Notes under the pieces: generated by a model | Seen by the model: only the letters and a program-made list of their open reading frames with translations | Databases searched by the model: none | Told to the model about the DNA's origin: nothing | Position numbers and translations under genes: made by a program | NCBI RefSeq assembly: GCF_016433145.1 | Contig: NC_058131.1 | Span: 487,165,942-487,229,941, forward strand | Direction: 5' to 3' | DNA from: Gracilinanus agilis | Lineage: Eukaryota | DNA length: 64,000 nucleotides | Part shown: in pieces, positions 1-13,094 of the stretch | Position numbering within the stretch: the stretch's first letter is position 1 | Layout of the letters: every line of letters begins with the position of its first letter

Positions 1-109
1 TAATATTTTATAATTACACATTTCATATTACATGTATGCATACACATATATGTGGGTACACATGTAGATGTGTATATATACAGATAAACACACATATATA
101 TGGTTTGTA

Positions 110-240
110 CATTGCTATTTTCATGTCATCTCCTCCATTAGACTGGGAGTTCCTGGAGATCATTTTTTGCCTTTTTTTGAATTCTCATTACTTAGCATAA
201 TGTCTGGCATTAAGAAGATGCCCAATAAATGTCTCTTAAC
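110..240 (+). mobile_element. L2 LINE 3' end fragment (approximate bounds)
   Basis: ctccattagactgggagttcctggag...cttagcataatgtctggcat...aataaatgt resembles the L2 3' terminus. Confidence 0.7.
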
Positions 241-560
241 TTGAAATGAGACAAGGGAATGTAATAACAGGTTTCCCATGATTTTGTTTTCCATTGTTTT
301 TAATTTCTTATCTTACCACAGTGACTTTAACATTAATAGTGTTTTTGTGTCAAAGAATCCCAGCTATATACTGACCTTCAAGTTACTAAATGAGTAATTG
401 TGTGTCTGCAGTTTTATCATTTTTACTAATGTGTGGCAGAATTCAGAATTATTCATGAGACAGTGGGTAATTTAAAAATGGTGAGTGTAGAAGGTTTCTC
501 TATATAAATATATAACCTTCATACTGTTTTTTCTTTGTACAAATCTCTCTTATATATATG

Positions 561-625
<65 letters not shown>
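561..625. repeat. (TAGA)16 tetranucleotide microsatellite; a second, imperfect GATA run lies at ~712-755
   Basis: Read directly: uninterrupted tagatagataga... from 561 to 625. Confidence 0.97.
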
Positions 626-1208
626 GGATATGTGGATGTGTAGATTTGTGTCTGTACATACACTTCTTACCTGTGTAATCGAGGGTTGATTACTTAAGGC
701 TCTCTAAACCAATAGATAGATAGATAGATGATAGATAGATGAAAGATAGATAGATATAAATTAATACAAAGCAAAAACGATACTCCAGTGATTCAAACTG
801 AAATCTATGATTGCCTGCCCCACTATCTGTGATTCTTGTCCATGTGCTCCCAAAAATTCATCATAAAGGGTCCACCCAACATATGGATGTACTGAAGACC
901 TTTTTCATATTATTTTAATGTTATATGATTTTTGGGAGAGCAGGACAGACAGCCAATTTTTTTATCCTCTATTCTCAATATATGATGAGCCTGTTTCGTT
1001 TTCTGGTCATGCAGTTCCCAAATTTGTTTTCTGTTACTTTCTTAGCACAATTCTTTGTTTGTAATATGCCATAGCCAAATTTCTTTTTTCATAGACCTCT
1101 TCATTGTCCTTTGGGCAAATCTCAGCTTCAGTTTTTGGAAATTGGCTTCTTAGCTTTGTATCTCTTGATTATGTCAAATCCAAATTCATACACTAAATGT
1201 TTGGTTAA

Positions 1209-1440
1209 TTAGCTAGGTGGTACATAATGTGCATAGAGATCTGAGCCTGGAATCAGAAAGACTTGGTTTCAATTCTAGTCCTAGATCCTTACTAGATGTG
1301 TGACCCTGAGCAAATCACTTAACTTATTTGCCAGTTTCCTCAACTATAAAATGAGGATAATAATATCTACTTTTCAGAGTTGTGAGGATCAAATGAAATA
1401 ATATTTGTAAAATGCTAAGCACGGTTCCTGGGACATAGTG
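1209..1440 (+). mobile_element. MIR/Mar1-type CORE-SINE
   Basis: tRNA-like head (agctaggtgg...ggaatcagaaagacttggtttcaa) plus CORE (tgtgtgaccctgagcaaatcacttaac...tttcctcaactataaaatgagg). Confidence 0.88.
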
Positions 1441-1612
1441 TGGGGAACAATGGGTTACAGAGTCAACATAATTTTCAATAAGTTTATAAGGAAGTGTTGA
1501 TAAATTTGTTCTGATCCATTCCTCTATCCTATCACTAAGCAGTTTAATATAATTGTGAACATAGGGAATGCAATTCTAGTTTACACTGGTAGAAGTTTAA
1601 TGTCTAACTAGA

Positions 1613-1788
1613 GTCAAGGTTCTTAACGTCATTTGTGTCATGGACCTTTTAGGCAATCTAATGAAGTCTCATGGAAACCTTTTGAGAATCATGTTTTACT
1701 TGCTAAAAATTATTTAGGATTTCAAAGGACTTATTAACATATTAAAAATAAATAAACAAGTTCAAGTTCTCTAAACTAAGAACCATTG
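1613..1788 (-). mobile_element. Old non-autonomous hAT element (Charlie4-like), degraded
   Basis: Decayed termini aggttcttaac...ctaagaaccattg and internal catggaccttttaggcaatctaatgaagtc; same family as 51006-51241. Family name from recall. Confidence 0.6.
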
Positions 1789-1944
1789 GCTCAAAACTAG
1801 GGAGGAAATATGTTTTGTATCAGAACTAATTATATTTTATATTTTATTTGAAACAAACTAATTCCAACTCTTATTGTTATCCAGAAGATTGTGTTCAGGG
1901 GATCAAAGGAAGTTGATTGCAGTTGACAAAAGTTTGAATTCCAG

Positions 1945-2180
1945 ACTCTCTGAGGAATGGTTAAAGAAATTAGTGGTTTAGCTTAGAAGGGAGATTTAAA
2001 GAGACAACAATAGCTATATTTTCAGGCTTGAAGGACGCTTCTGTGGAAGGAAGATTTGACTTATTTTGTGAATTTCCATGGCCTTGAGCTAGGATCAATG
2101 CATAGAAGACATAGAACAGCAGATTTGGACTCTAATACCTTTCTAAAAATAAGAGCTGTCCCTAAAATAGAATGGAGTAA
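1945..2180 (+). mobile_element. L3/CR1 LINE 3' fragment
   Basis: Resembles the CR1 ORF2 C-terminal region (ttagcttagaagggagatttaaagaga...ttttcaggcttgaagg...aataagagctgtccctaaaatagaatgg). Confidence 0.7.
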
Positions 2181-4009
2181 TTCGTGACATAATGCAGTTG
2201 GGATATGGAAAGCTAGCCTTGAAGATAGGATGACCTGGATTCTAGTCTTCCCTCTGAGATAGTGGCTTCAGTGTCTGAGATTTGAGACACTATAGGCAAA
2301 TCATTTAAGTCTCATAGTAACTCTCCCCTCAATATACCTCCTCCATAATTCTCAGAGGCAATAATTTGCATAGCAGTTATAGGCTTGGATTACTAAAAAG
2401 GATTTATTCACCAAGGGTTCCTTATATTAATGACTTCTCAAGTCTGTTTCCTACAACCTCCTCAAAAAAAATGCCTTCCCCTTTACTATTTATTTTGAAG
2501 TTGATCCTAGGTAATCATTGCGAGGGATATTATACAGGAAATTCCTAAAATTAAACTGGATTACCTGTAAGATGTCTTCAAACTTAGAGATTTTATAATT
2601 ATAACAAGAAACGGGTTATATGATGACTAAGGAAAAGCAGTGTGATATATTGGGAATAGGACTGCATTTGGAATCAGAGGACTTGAGTGAATACTCACAA
2701 TATGGTCAGGGGTAAGAAAAGTGCTGGACTTGGACTTGAAGGCAGGGCTATGTGAATGGGAATCCTTCCTCAGACACGTGCTATAAAATGTTGGGCAAGT
2801 CACTTAAACTCTTATAACTTCAGTTTCCTCATGTGTAAACTGGGAAAATTATAACCCCCATCTCCCAGGTTTCTTGTGAGAGTCAGATGAGATAGCAGAT
2901 AGCAAATGTTGCAAATCTCAAAGCATTATATAAATGTTTACAATTGGTGCTCTTATTAAATCATTTAACCTCTGTGAGCCTCAGTTTCCTCCTCTGTTGA
3001 AAAAAAACAAGTGACCTTTGAAATACCTAAATCTCTGATCCTATATAATTATAAAAATGCTAAGGCCAGGTAAGTAGGTTATAATTAAAATGAAAGGAAA
3101 GAGAACAAAGAAATCTTCTCTCATCTGTGAGGAAATATCTGTCAGGCTTTTGATCTTTATGATGGTAAAAAATCATATCCTGGATAGTATTATTGGAAAC
3201 TACTGTGAATTGATCCATGTAATGGAATCAACGAAACACTTAGGATATGATGTAATGGGATTTTACAGATTACTGCTAAGGCTTACGCTTTGATTTGCTT
3301 TGCTGTTTTCTCCCCACTTTTGAATTAATCTAGCCCAGTGCATCAATCATTTAGTGCCATAGAAATAAAGAATTAAAAGAGTGGTGATGATGGCTTTTGT
3401 AGTTAATCTACTTAAAGCAAATTGTTCAAATTCTCTATATATGGACAGATGCCATGGATAATTCATGATCCTCACATCTCTAATTAACATGAAGAGGTTT
3501 GGAGTAGGCTTGTCAACAGAGAGTGGTAAACATTGTTGTGTACACAAAATTAGTCACAAACTCACCATTAGATTCTGAAAGGTAAATGGAGGAGGCATGG
3601 TGAATTACTTTAACCTTAGAGTGTCCCCTAAAGATTTAGAAACTCGGAGGAGAAAAAAATGAAGGAATGATAACACAAAAAAATGAATGCTGAGCACACG
3701 ATAGTATCGAAGATAGGAGATAAATTAGGAATGGACAGAATGGAGTCTATCTCTTACCAAACTTGAATTTAGTTCAATGCTTGGTGATTGGGTGAGTTTG
3801 ATATACGCTTCTAAACTCAAACATCCTCACTGTTTGCCTTAGAAGTTTTGGATAAGCGATTTTGTTGTTGTTGTTGCTGTTCAGTCAGTAGCATCATACC
3901 CAACCTTCTGGTAGGCACGGATGTGTATTAACTCTGAGAGCAAATGTGGCCAAGATATATTAGGATCCTCAGTAGATATTCTCTCTGTCTCTTTAAAAAC
4001 AGAACAAAA

Positions 4010-4190
4010 CAACTCTCACTTTCTGTCCTAGAATCAAAATTCTGTATTGATTCTAAGACAGAAGAGTAGTAAGGGCTAGGTAATGGGGTTAAGTTACTTG
4101 CCTAGAGTCACACAGCTAAAAAAGTGTCTAAGGTTATTTTGAACCCAGAACCTTCTCCCTCTTGGCCCAGTTCTCAGTCCCCTGAGCAAT
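4010..4190 (-). mobile_element. SINE1_Mdo-type opossum SINE
   Basis: Diagnostic tail ctttctgtcctagaatc...tgtattgattctaagacagaagagtagtaagggctagg followed by the reverse-complement CORE. Confidence 0.85.
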
Positions 4191-4379
4191 CTTTCTTCTC
4201 CCATTCCTTTCTCTCTTTTTTTAAAGTATTAACAATATAGGGTATAAGCCAGTATAATATTAATAACAACTCGTTGACTATTTTTTCAATGTTCTATTGT
4301 GTTTTTTATTTATTTTGTTAAACTACAAGTTTGAAATACTTTTTACATTTGAATGAAATACAATTACATTTTGAAATAC

Positions 4380-4590
4380 TTTTATTTTTTTGGAAATTGC
4401 ATGTAAAAATAACTTTAACATATATTTTTTAAAGATTCTGAGTTCTAAATTCTTTCTCTTCTTCCTATATCCCCTCCCTCCCTCATTTCTACTCTTCTCC
4501 CTTCCCTGCAATGATTACCAATCTGTTAAAGATTTTACATATGCCGTCTGTAAAACACTTTTCCATATAAGTCATTTTGTGGAAGAGGTA
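4380..4590 (-). mobile_element. L1 3' end fragment (marsupial)
   Basis: T-rich start, pyrimidine block, acatatgccgtctgtaaaacacttttccatataagtcattttgtg typical of the reverse L1 3' UTR. Confidence 0.75.
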
Positions 4591-5446
4591 CAACCCATTG
4601 ACTATTAGTGTTTTAAAATATAATTTTTGTATAAATTTCATAATATTGGGACTTTGATTCAGTTGGATGCAGCCTAATCCTCTTTCTTTGGCATGTGGCT
4701 AGGAAAAGGTTTTGTTTTTGTTGTTTATTTGTTTTTTAAATTTGTTTTAAAGACCAGAGAACATTAAAAGGATTTTGGAATGCCCATGATTACCACAATT
4801 AGAAAATAGATTCTTTTTTATTTAAAGGTTCTAATACATCTAAGTACCTACCTAGTGGGCCAGAACTTCAAAGCATAGAAATAACATTTGTCACAATGGG
4901 TATGTTTCTTGTCAACATTTTTATTTTCTGGATGATGCTCCAAGCATTCAGCAGAGGATGTAAAAAAGATGTCTTTGGGCTTCCATATTCCTTTAACTTA
5001 TATAAGACACTTCTAGAAATGGAACGGGTAGCAACAGCTTCACTGAACACAATATACTTAGAGCTAAGAGGGATCAAAGGCTAGTCTTCCATATTGGACA
5101 TATACTAGATGGGATGTGAGATTAATTCCACTATAGAGGAAAGGAGGACTGGGAAAAGGGTTTTGTCACAATGCATAGAGATCTCAACTACAAAGAAATT
5201 GTCTGTCCTGACCTGTTTCCCAGAAGCAAAGGGAAATGTGAAGAGTGTGTCTTTTTAGCATCTGCTTTGCTATTAATTCATTTTGCCTGCATCTTTAATT
5301 TAGGGTGACAGCAGTCTCTTAGGCCCTGGACACCATCACTCTCAGTAACAAAACGCTCTTGTGTGAGGGACGTTGTTCTCCTCCACAGCTGTTTGGAGGC
5401 AAGTCTCAGCAGCATTGCTGCAGCTGGTGAAACTAAAGGAATTAGG

Positions 5447-5478
5447 CTGACATCTCCCTCTTTCCTTGTCTTTTGCAG
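5447..5478 (+). promoter_or_regulatory. Branch point (CTGAC, A at 5450), polypyrimidine tract and 3' splice acceptor (CAG) of the NRXN3 exon
   Basis: ggctgacatctccctctttccttgtcttttgcag lies immediately before the coding sequence. Confidence 0.85.
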
Positions 5479-5660
5479 CCGGTGCTACATATATCTTTGG
5501 GAAAAGTGGAGGACTCATACTCTACACCTGGCCCGCGAATGACAGACCCAGCACACGCTCAGACCGCCTCGCCGTGGGCTTCAGCACGACCGTGAAAGAT
5601 GGCATCCTGGTTCGAATTGACAGTGCTCCAGGGCTTGGCGATTTCCTCCAGCTTCACATA
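5479..5660 (+). CDS. NRXN3: Neurexin-3 internal coding exon (182 bp, phase 1 in, phase 0 out), first part of the LNS6 domain common to alpha- and beta-neurexin-3
   Basis: Translates to (A/P)[60 protein letters not shown], which matches NRXN3 as I recall it and differs from NRXN1 (GTTYIFSKGGGQITYKWPP) and NRXN2 (GTTYIFGKGGALITYTWPP). AG at 5477-5478, donor GTGAGT at 5661-5666, CpGs retained. Confidence 0.97.
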
Positions 5661-8489
5661 GTGAGTACTGGACCTCAAGCTGGATGTATTTGTTTTGCAA
5701 ACTTTCTCTCTTTCTGTAGTCTAGATTGACTAGATGGAGTGTCCAAGACATGTGCAACAAGTGTGCTCTTAGAAAAAGAGGTGCTGGGCTCATGTGGGTG
5801 AATTCAGTCTAATTCTCCCCACGACAGAAGTCCTAGGATTTGACTTTGGTGGGAGTTGGTGAGAGGAGGAAGTCCACCTCTGATTCCACTTGTGCAAGTG
5901 TCAAAGAGGCCGATCCTCTGTATTCCCTCGTCTCATCTCTGATAATAATTCAGCCACTGTTCACCCACCAGCAATCTAGTTTTCACGTTGTATGAATAAA
6001 GGAAAATTGTTCATGGATTTCTTAATAGTGCCAGGTGCAAAATGAATAGCAGATTTAAATATAAAAGATCTTTCAGTCTATTGTCTTTTTGGAGATTTTT
6101 TTTAGAATGAAAGGTATGGTGAAGAATGGTAACCAAAAGGAAGGGAAAACACCAAGTGTTTTCTAAGCCTTGTGTCTATAAGCCAAATGAGCATTTACAT
6201 TTAGCTATTTGATGCTATGTGGACTCAGTGCAGTTCTAGGAAATTTAAATGATTTGGGGTGGAAAATTGCCATGCTATGATGATAGAAAGTATTTTTATA
6301 GCAACAATTAACCCATTTTATAGTATATGCAGTCTGGAAAAAAAATGTAGGCTAAGAAAGGATATGATTCTCATCTATAAGTACCTAAGTGCAGTTACCA
6401 AGAGTGAAGAGAGGAATTGTTCTCATTAGTTAGCAATGACAAGGCTAGAAAGAATGGATTTAATTTGGAACAATAAAAGTTCAGTTTTAAATAGCAGGAA
6501 AAAGGAAAGCAGTTAAGAGAAAAGATCAGCTGGGGAATGTAGTCAACCTCTGAAAGAAGGAAAATAATCAGATTTACCTAGGAAAAATCTGAGTCAGAAA
6601 CATGATCTTCAGAAAAAACCAAGAGTTATGATGAGGCCATTGCTTGCCAGCCTTTAGAAGCAGCTCTCTGGTTTGGAAGGCTACAACTTCAACTGTGGTG
6701 ACTAAAATTTCTCCTGAGCCCTTTTCAGTTCAGGCTAACTGGGAAAGTTGAACAGGTTGCCATCTTGATTCCCTGGCTGGTGGCATTCTCCCTTCACTCA
6801 GAGCCAGATCCCAAGCAGTATTCCAGGCAGCCCTGGGCAGGAGAGGAGAAATGGTTAGAGATGAGAATTAAAAAACAAAACAAAACATGGAGGCAATGCT
6901 TAGAGTCTAATCATAAAAGCTTTGGTTTCTAGTCTGCTTCTTCCTTCTTTTGTCCAGTTATTATAGTAATGCTGTCTGCTGACTCTTAGGAGCTCTAAAA
7001 ATGAAGTTAAAATGATAAAGAGAAATTAAGTTACTGTTACATGGTGTTTGCCCCAGGGTTTTGCACACAGTAGAAACTTTCTAAGCCTTTGTTGTATTGT
7101 ACTTTTCTAGCATTACTTAATATAGGGTTTGCCCTGGCATTTAGCAATCTAGCAGAGTTGTGGAAATGGAAGGCATTTACTAAGCCTTGGATGTCTTGTA
7201 TTTTAGACCTTTATGAATAAAACCACATTTTGCCAATCTAAATCCTGATATTTTAAAACTAATGTAAGTTGGAAGACTACACAACACGTATTGATTTGTT
7301 TATGGTCATTGCAAACTATATACTGGCAATAGTTTTTTGACATTCTTGTGATTTATTATCTTTTAGAGTGACTAACTAAAAATAATGTGACTTAGGGCTG
7401 CCATATAACAAGTAATTAGTCCATGACCTAAAACCTTTTAATGATGGGGTACTGGTAACTAACTTCATCCATTTCTGCAGCCATAGATATTGGATAGATA
7501 ATTTCCATTCAGATACACGTTTAAGAGAGAGGCTTTGTTGCCCTTTGTGGCACCGAAAGGCTCACTTACCATTTTAGCTTAAATTTTCAGCTGACAATGT
7601 TGGTCCTAAAGTGACATTGGATAGGCATCAGAGCTCAAAGGAAACTTGCAGGCCTTCTAATCCAAACCCCTCATTTTACAGATGAGGGCATTATAAAATG
7701 GGGAGGTTGGACTAAGTGACCTGAAAGGTCTCTTCCAACTCTAAATTCAATGATCTTATGACATGAAAGTATGAGGAACTGTTAGAAGAAGCAAGAACAT
7801 TGCTCAAAATTGTAGCCTTGCTGTAATTGTCATTGGTGTAATTGATGGGTAGATGTTTTCAAATATTTTTTTGAACACAAGAACTGAACTTGTGATTTCA
7901 TCAGTAGAAGAACTCTTGGATTCAGAAATTTCCTCTGCCAGTCAGCATTTTATTTGCAACTTATCTAGTCATAGATAGTTGTCTAATAGGATAAGAGACT
8001 TGTCCAAGGTAGCTTCCATTGTCTTGAACTTAATCTTTGTAAATAAAACTACAATTTTCAAACCTAAATCATGATATTTAAAAAGTCATATGAGTTGGAA
8101 TACTGTGTGTGACATATCAATTGGTTTATGGGCATTTCAACAACAAAAATAGGTAGCAATTGGCAGCTGTTATGTGTCAGAGGCAGGACATGTACACAGA
8201 TCATCCTGGTTCTCAGAGACCATACCATATGCCATCAGACCTTTTCACATAACATATGGAAGTGAATATATTGAATGCATGTTATTAAACATATATATGT
8301 GGGAATATGAGATCCGGATATAAAGTCCAATGATCTCTTCAGCATAGCACATCCAAATGAGTGAGTGCTGTTATATTAAAGTAGGCATCTTGAAAGGGAT
8401 CCCAATAGTAGCTTAGAATAATAATAAAGCCAACAGTTGAGTGTACTTTACAGATGGCAAAGGATTTTTTTTTGGGGGGGTACATTTGT

Positions 8490-9130
8490 TTCTTTTTTAA
8501 TTTTTAAAATATTTTCCATGTTTACATAATTCATTTTCTTTCCCTCCCCTCTTCCCTCTCTACTCCCAGATCCAATAAGCACTTCCACTGTGTTATACAA
8601 TTGTTATCATTTATACCTATTTCCATACTATTCATTTTTGCAATAGAGCACTCTTTTAAAACCAAAATCCCCAATCACATATTCATATAGACAAATGATA
8701 AATCATTTGTTTTTTTCTTATGTGTTTCTACTCTCACATTACTTTCTCTCGATGTGGATAACATTTTTTCTCCTAAGGTCCTTGGGATTGTCTTGTAGTG
8801 TCAAAGTTCATTGCCTAGGATAGTTCCACAACGTTTCCCTTTCAGTGTACAATGTTCTCTTGGTTCTGCTCCTTTCACTCTGCATCAATTCCTGGAAGTC
8901 TTTCCTGTTTATGTAGAAATCTTCCAGTTCATCATTCCTTATAGCACCATCATATACACCACAATTTGTTCAGCCATTCCCCAATCAAAGGACACTCCCT
9001 CACTTTCCAAATTTTTGCCACCACAAAGAGCACAGTTATGTACAAACATTTTTCATTATCTCTTTAGGGTTCGAAACAAGTAGTGGTATTACTGGATCAA
9101 AGGGTGTGCATTCTTTTAAAGCCTTTTGGG
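8490..9130 (-). mobile_element. L1_Mdo-type 3' UTR/3' end, 5'-truncated
   Basis: attttccatgtttacat...ccctcccctcttccc...ttttgccaccacaaagagcacag...agtggtattactggatcaaaggg is reverse L1 3' UTR into the end of ORF2. Confidence 0.88.
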
Positions 9131-9454
9131 TAGCAAATAATTTTTACATGCCTTTTCTCAAGCCTACCTAAAATAACATGGTTTAATTGCATTCCATCCT
9201 CTCAGCAACTTTGTAAGGTAGGCAATAAAACAGGGACATCTGGATGGCATAAGGGATTGAATGTTTCACTGGGAGTCAAGAAGACTTGGGTTAGAATCTT
9301 ACATCTCACACTTAAAAGCTATATAACCTTATGCAAATCATTTAACTTTTCTTAGCCTCAGTTTTTTTCCATCTACAAAAATGGAATGATCAGATTTATA
9401 GCACTTACATTGTAGGGTTGTTGTGAAGATCAAATGATATATGTTATGTATTTT

Positions 9455-9645
9455 ATTTTTTCCCTTTAAAATTTTTTTATTATCATAAACTTTATTTTAA
9501 AATTTTTTCCATGGTTACATGATTCATATAGTCTCCCTCCCCTCTTCTTCCTTCCCCCCATAGTTGACAATTAATTCCACTGGATTATATACATATATTA
9601 TCACTCAGAACCTAATTCTACATTATTCATTTTTGTATGTATTAT
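9455..9645 (-). mobile_element. Short L1_Mdo-type 3' end
   Basis: aattttttccatggttacatgattcat...ccctcccctcttc... is the L1 3' terminal motif in reverse. Confidence 0.82.
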
Positions 9646-9724
9646 GTAATTTAACACAAAGAAACCTAATGAGGTAGATTCTACTTTCTATAAAAGATAG
9701 GCAACAATTATCATGACTACCCCC

Positions 9725-9746
9725 ACTACTACTACTACTACTACTA
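9725..9746. repeat. (CTA)7 microsatellite
   Basis: actactactactactactacta read directly. Confidence 0.9.
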
Positions 9747-10964
9747 AGCATCTGACATATAATTGCTAGCTGTCATTCACAATTTTTTTTCTGAAATGTC
9801 TATAAATTAATCACTATGTTATACACAATATTCTTATATAGTGTATGGGATAGATTTTATAAACATAAAGCACTATAGATAAATCAAGTAATGGTTATAT
9901 TAAGAAGTACTAATACTTAGTATTAGTAGGAGAGAAAGAAGAGGAAGCAATTGGATGGTCCAATTTATCAAACATTGGAGTTGGAGTCAAGAAAACCTGG
10001 GTTCACGTCTAGACTTGAACACTTGCTAGTTGTGTGACATGAGCTAAGTAACTTGACTTCAATATGCTTCTGCTTTCTCATCTGTAAAATGGGGATGGCA
10101 ATAATACTACCTACCTCCCAGGGTTGGTGTAAGGATAAAATGAGAAATTTGTAAAGTATTTTGCAAGACTTAAAACAATATATAAATGCTAGCTGCTAGT
10201 TGTAGTAGTTCTGATATTTAATTTAAGCATAATATTTAAAAATCCAAATGAGTCAGCATGTTAGGTATAATATATTGATTAATTTATAGACATTTCAGAA
10301 ACAAAATAGCAAACAATAACTAGCTAATATGAATCAGATGCATAGTGATAGTAGTAGTAATGGTGGTGGTGGTAGTCATGATAATTGTTGCCTCTCTTGT
10401 ACAGAAAGTAGTATCTACCTCATTAGGTTTCTCTGAGTGCTAAATGACATAATGTACTTAAAATTCATAAACCTTAAAGCATTGTTATTGTTATTACAAT
10501 AAAGAAACAGAGTTTCAAAAATGTTTGGTAATTTGCTCTAGAACATTCCGTTATCAAATGGCAGAGTTGGGACTCAAACCCAGGTCTTCTAAATAGAAAT
10601 CCAGTGGTTCAATCCTTGCGATGCCCCCCTCCACCTCCCTATTGACTATATCTAAACATTTCTTGAAGAAGCAACAAGTTTCAAGCAACATCCAAAAGTT
10701 ATCTAGCATTAACTCTTATAGCTTATTATTTTTTAAAATCAAAAATGAAGTGCTTCTGTTTACTGACATTGGTTCTCCTGTTTGCTGGACTTGCTCTAAA
10801 GACACTTCTGAAAAAGGGGGATCCTGAAATATTTCGTTGGTGGCAAAGGTGCATAGCCCTATGGAAGTCATAGAACAACATAGAAGTTTTTGTATGTAAG
10901 TTTTGGTGTAAGCATAGTAGAATTGAGAGGGAAAAATGGTCTTAAATTAGTAACAAACATTTTG

Positions 10965-11222
10965 TTGTTGTTGTGACCGAGTTATTTCAGTTGTATCCAA
11001 TACTTCATGACCCCATTTGAAGTTTTCATGGCAAAGGTACTGGAGCAGTTTACTATTTCCTTCTCCAATTCATTTTACAGATGAGGAAACTGAGGCAAAC
11101 AGGGTTAAGTGACTTGCACAGGGTCACATAACCTGTGTCTGAAGCTGGATTTGAATTCATGAAGATGAGTCTTCCTGATTCCAAGCCCAGTGCTCTATCC
11201 CCTGGGCCACCTAATTGCCCCA
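10965..11222 (-). mobile_element. Mar1-type SINE with RTE-like tail
   Basis: gttgttg...catgaccccatttgaagttttcatggcaaaggtactggag tail followed by the reverse CORE and head. Confidence 0.88.
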
Positions 11223-11499
11223 AATATTGTCTAAATGCCTCTTACTTGTGAGGTGATGTTCTAGATAATGGCAATAACAAAATCCCTGTCCTAAGTAGAA
11301 TTTATATTTTAACATCGTACATGGGAGTCAGTTGACCCGTGTGTAAATGCCTTTCTCATTTCCTTTCTGTGAGTCCCTGGTCGAGTCATTCTTCCACTTT
11401 TGACTTCATTTTCTTCATCTTTAACATGAGTGGTTTGGAATAGATCTTTTCTATGGCTCCTTTCAGAACCAACATTATAATTCTATGATTTGGGGCTTC

Positions 11500-12600
11500 G
11501 CCGCTTGGTATTTTTCTCTCTACTTTCTCTCCCTTGACAACTTTATCCACCCCTTGGCTTCAAAGATTATTTCCACTCGGGTGCTTCCCAAATCTATCTC
11601 TTCGTTCCTGACCTCTCCTCTGGAGCTCCAGTCCTGCATTTAAACTACCTTTTGAATATATCCACCTCCAAGTCCTGCTTTGACCTCAATCTCAATATAT
11701 TCCCATACTGAACTCATCATGTTCTCTTTCAAACTAGTCATTTTTTTTAAAAAATCCCTATTTTTTGATTGATGTCATGATCCCTTAATCTAGTCACTCA
11801 GACACAAAACCTATATATAAGCCATTTTTTAATCTTCCCTCTCTATTACTAGCCATATCTAATCAATTGCCAAGCCTAGCTGATTCTGATTCTAAGCTAC
11901 CTTTTATTTCTCTGTCCTTCTTTGGGCAGCTAGATGACTCAGTGGATAGACCACTAGGCCTAGAGTCAGGAAGGCCTGCGTTTAATGGCAGCCCCAGACA
12001 CTTTTACCAGTTTCCGTGACCCTGGGCAAGTCACTTAAACTGTTTGCCTCATTTCCCTTCATTGAAAAATGGGGATAATAATAGCACCTGTCTCACAGGA
12101 ATGCAAGGATCAAATGAGATAATATTTGTGAAATGCTTAGTATACTGCCTGGTACAACGTAGGTACAATATAAATGATTATTTCTTTACTTTCCACTTCC
12201 ATCACACCCATTAAGATCCTCATTAATTCTTGGTAGCTACTGTAGTTAATCCCTAAATACTTCTCTCCTAATCTCTTTCCTTCCCCAATTCATCCTTCAC
12301 AGTGATGGCAGAGTGGTTTTCCTAAACTACATATCTGACCGCATCTCGCCCATTCTTCTAAGTTAGAGGTGGAACCAAGATGGCGGCTTAGTAGCAGCAA
12401 AAGCTGAAACCTCTCTGAAAATTCTTTCAAACCAATCTGTAAAAAGCACCTCAAAATGACAAGAATAAAAAAAAAAAAAAGATTCTTCTAAGTTAGAGAT
12501 TTAATACCTACCCTATACAATCTGGCACCAACTTGCCATTCCAGTCTTATTTTATGTTATTCCCCATAAATTGCTAATTGGACTCCTTGCCAAATAATTT
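11500..12600 (+). mobile_element. L2 LINE remnant, interrupted by a Mar1/MIR SINE (~11925-12180) and an L1 5'-end insertion (12369-12481)
   Basis: Pyrimidine-rich L2 ORF2-like sequence (ggcttcaaagattatttccac...tcccaaatctat is a decayed GFxYHLYADDSQIY region) and L2 3' motifs. Confidence 0.7.
12369..12481 (+). mobile_element. Isolated L1 5'-UTR start (~95 nt) plus poly(A), flanked by a 17-bp target-site duplication
   Basis: gtggaaccAAGATGGCGGCttag... is an L1 5' start with a YY1 motif (12376-12387); ends aataaa plus A-run; attcttctaagttagag occurs at 12352-12368 and 12482-12498. Confidence 0.8.
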
Positions 12601-13094
12601 TCTTATCCTATGTTATATGATAACCCCAAAAGCTGATTTAACTTTAATTTGCATTTATGGAGGCATGATTTCCTGAAGAAAGAATGCTATAGCCCCTTAG
12701 CTTCTGTTACAAATAGACAACATCTACAGTATAATAATATCTGGCGTTCATATAGGGCCTACTATGAGCCAGGCACTGTACTAATATTTATAGATTTTAT
12801 CTCATTTGATCCCCACAATAACTCTGTGAGATAGGTATTATTATCACCTCCATTTTACAGTTGAGAAAAATAAGGGAAACAAAGGTTTGTGACTTGCCAA
12901 GGGTCACACCGCTACTAAGAATCTGAAGTTGGATTTGAACCCAGGTCTTCCTGATTCCAGTCCCAGCATATTGTGTACTTCACCACATAGTATTTGGTAT
13001 GGGGTACCAGGTTTGAGGAAGAACATTGGGGAAAACACACAGGATGCTGGTCAAAATGATAAGGAGATGCAAAATCCCTATATAGAAGGGTCTG

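Noticed and set aside
5701-5719. Strong-looking acceptor (actttctctctttctgtag) 59 nt after the donor
   Set aside because: A 59-nt intron is below the usual mammalian minimum, no downstream exon is apparent, and pyrimidine-AG runs are frequent by chance.
5466-5729. ORF-track 87-aa protein as a standalone gene
   Set aside because: The start is an intronic TTG in the polypyrimidine tract and the tail after 5660 is intron read-through. Only 5479-5660 is exon.
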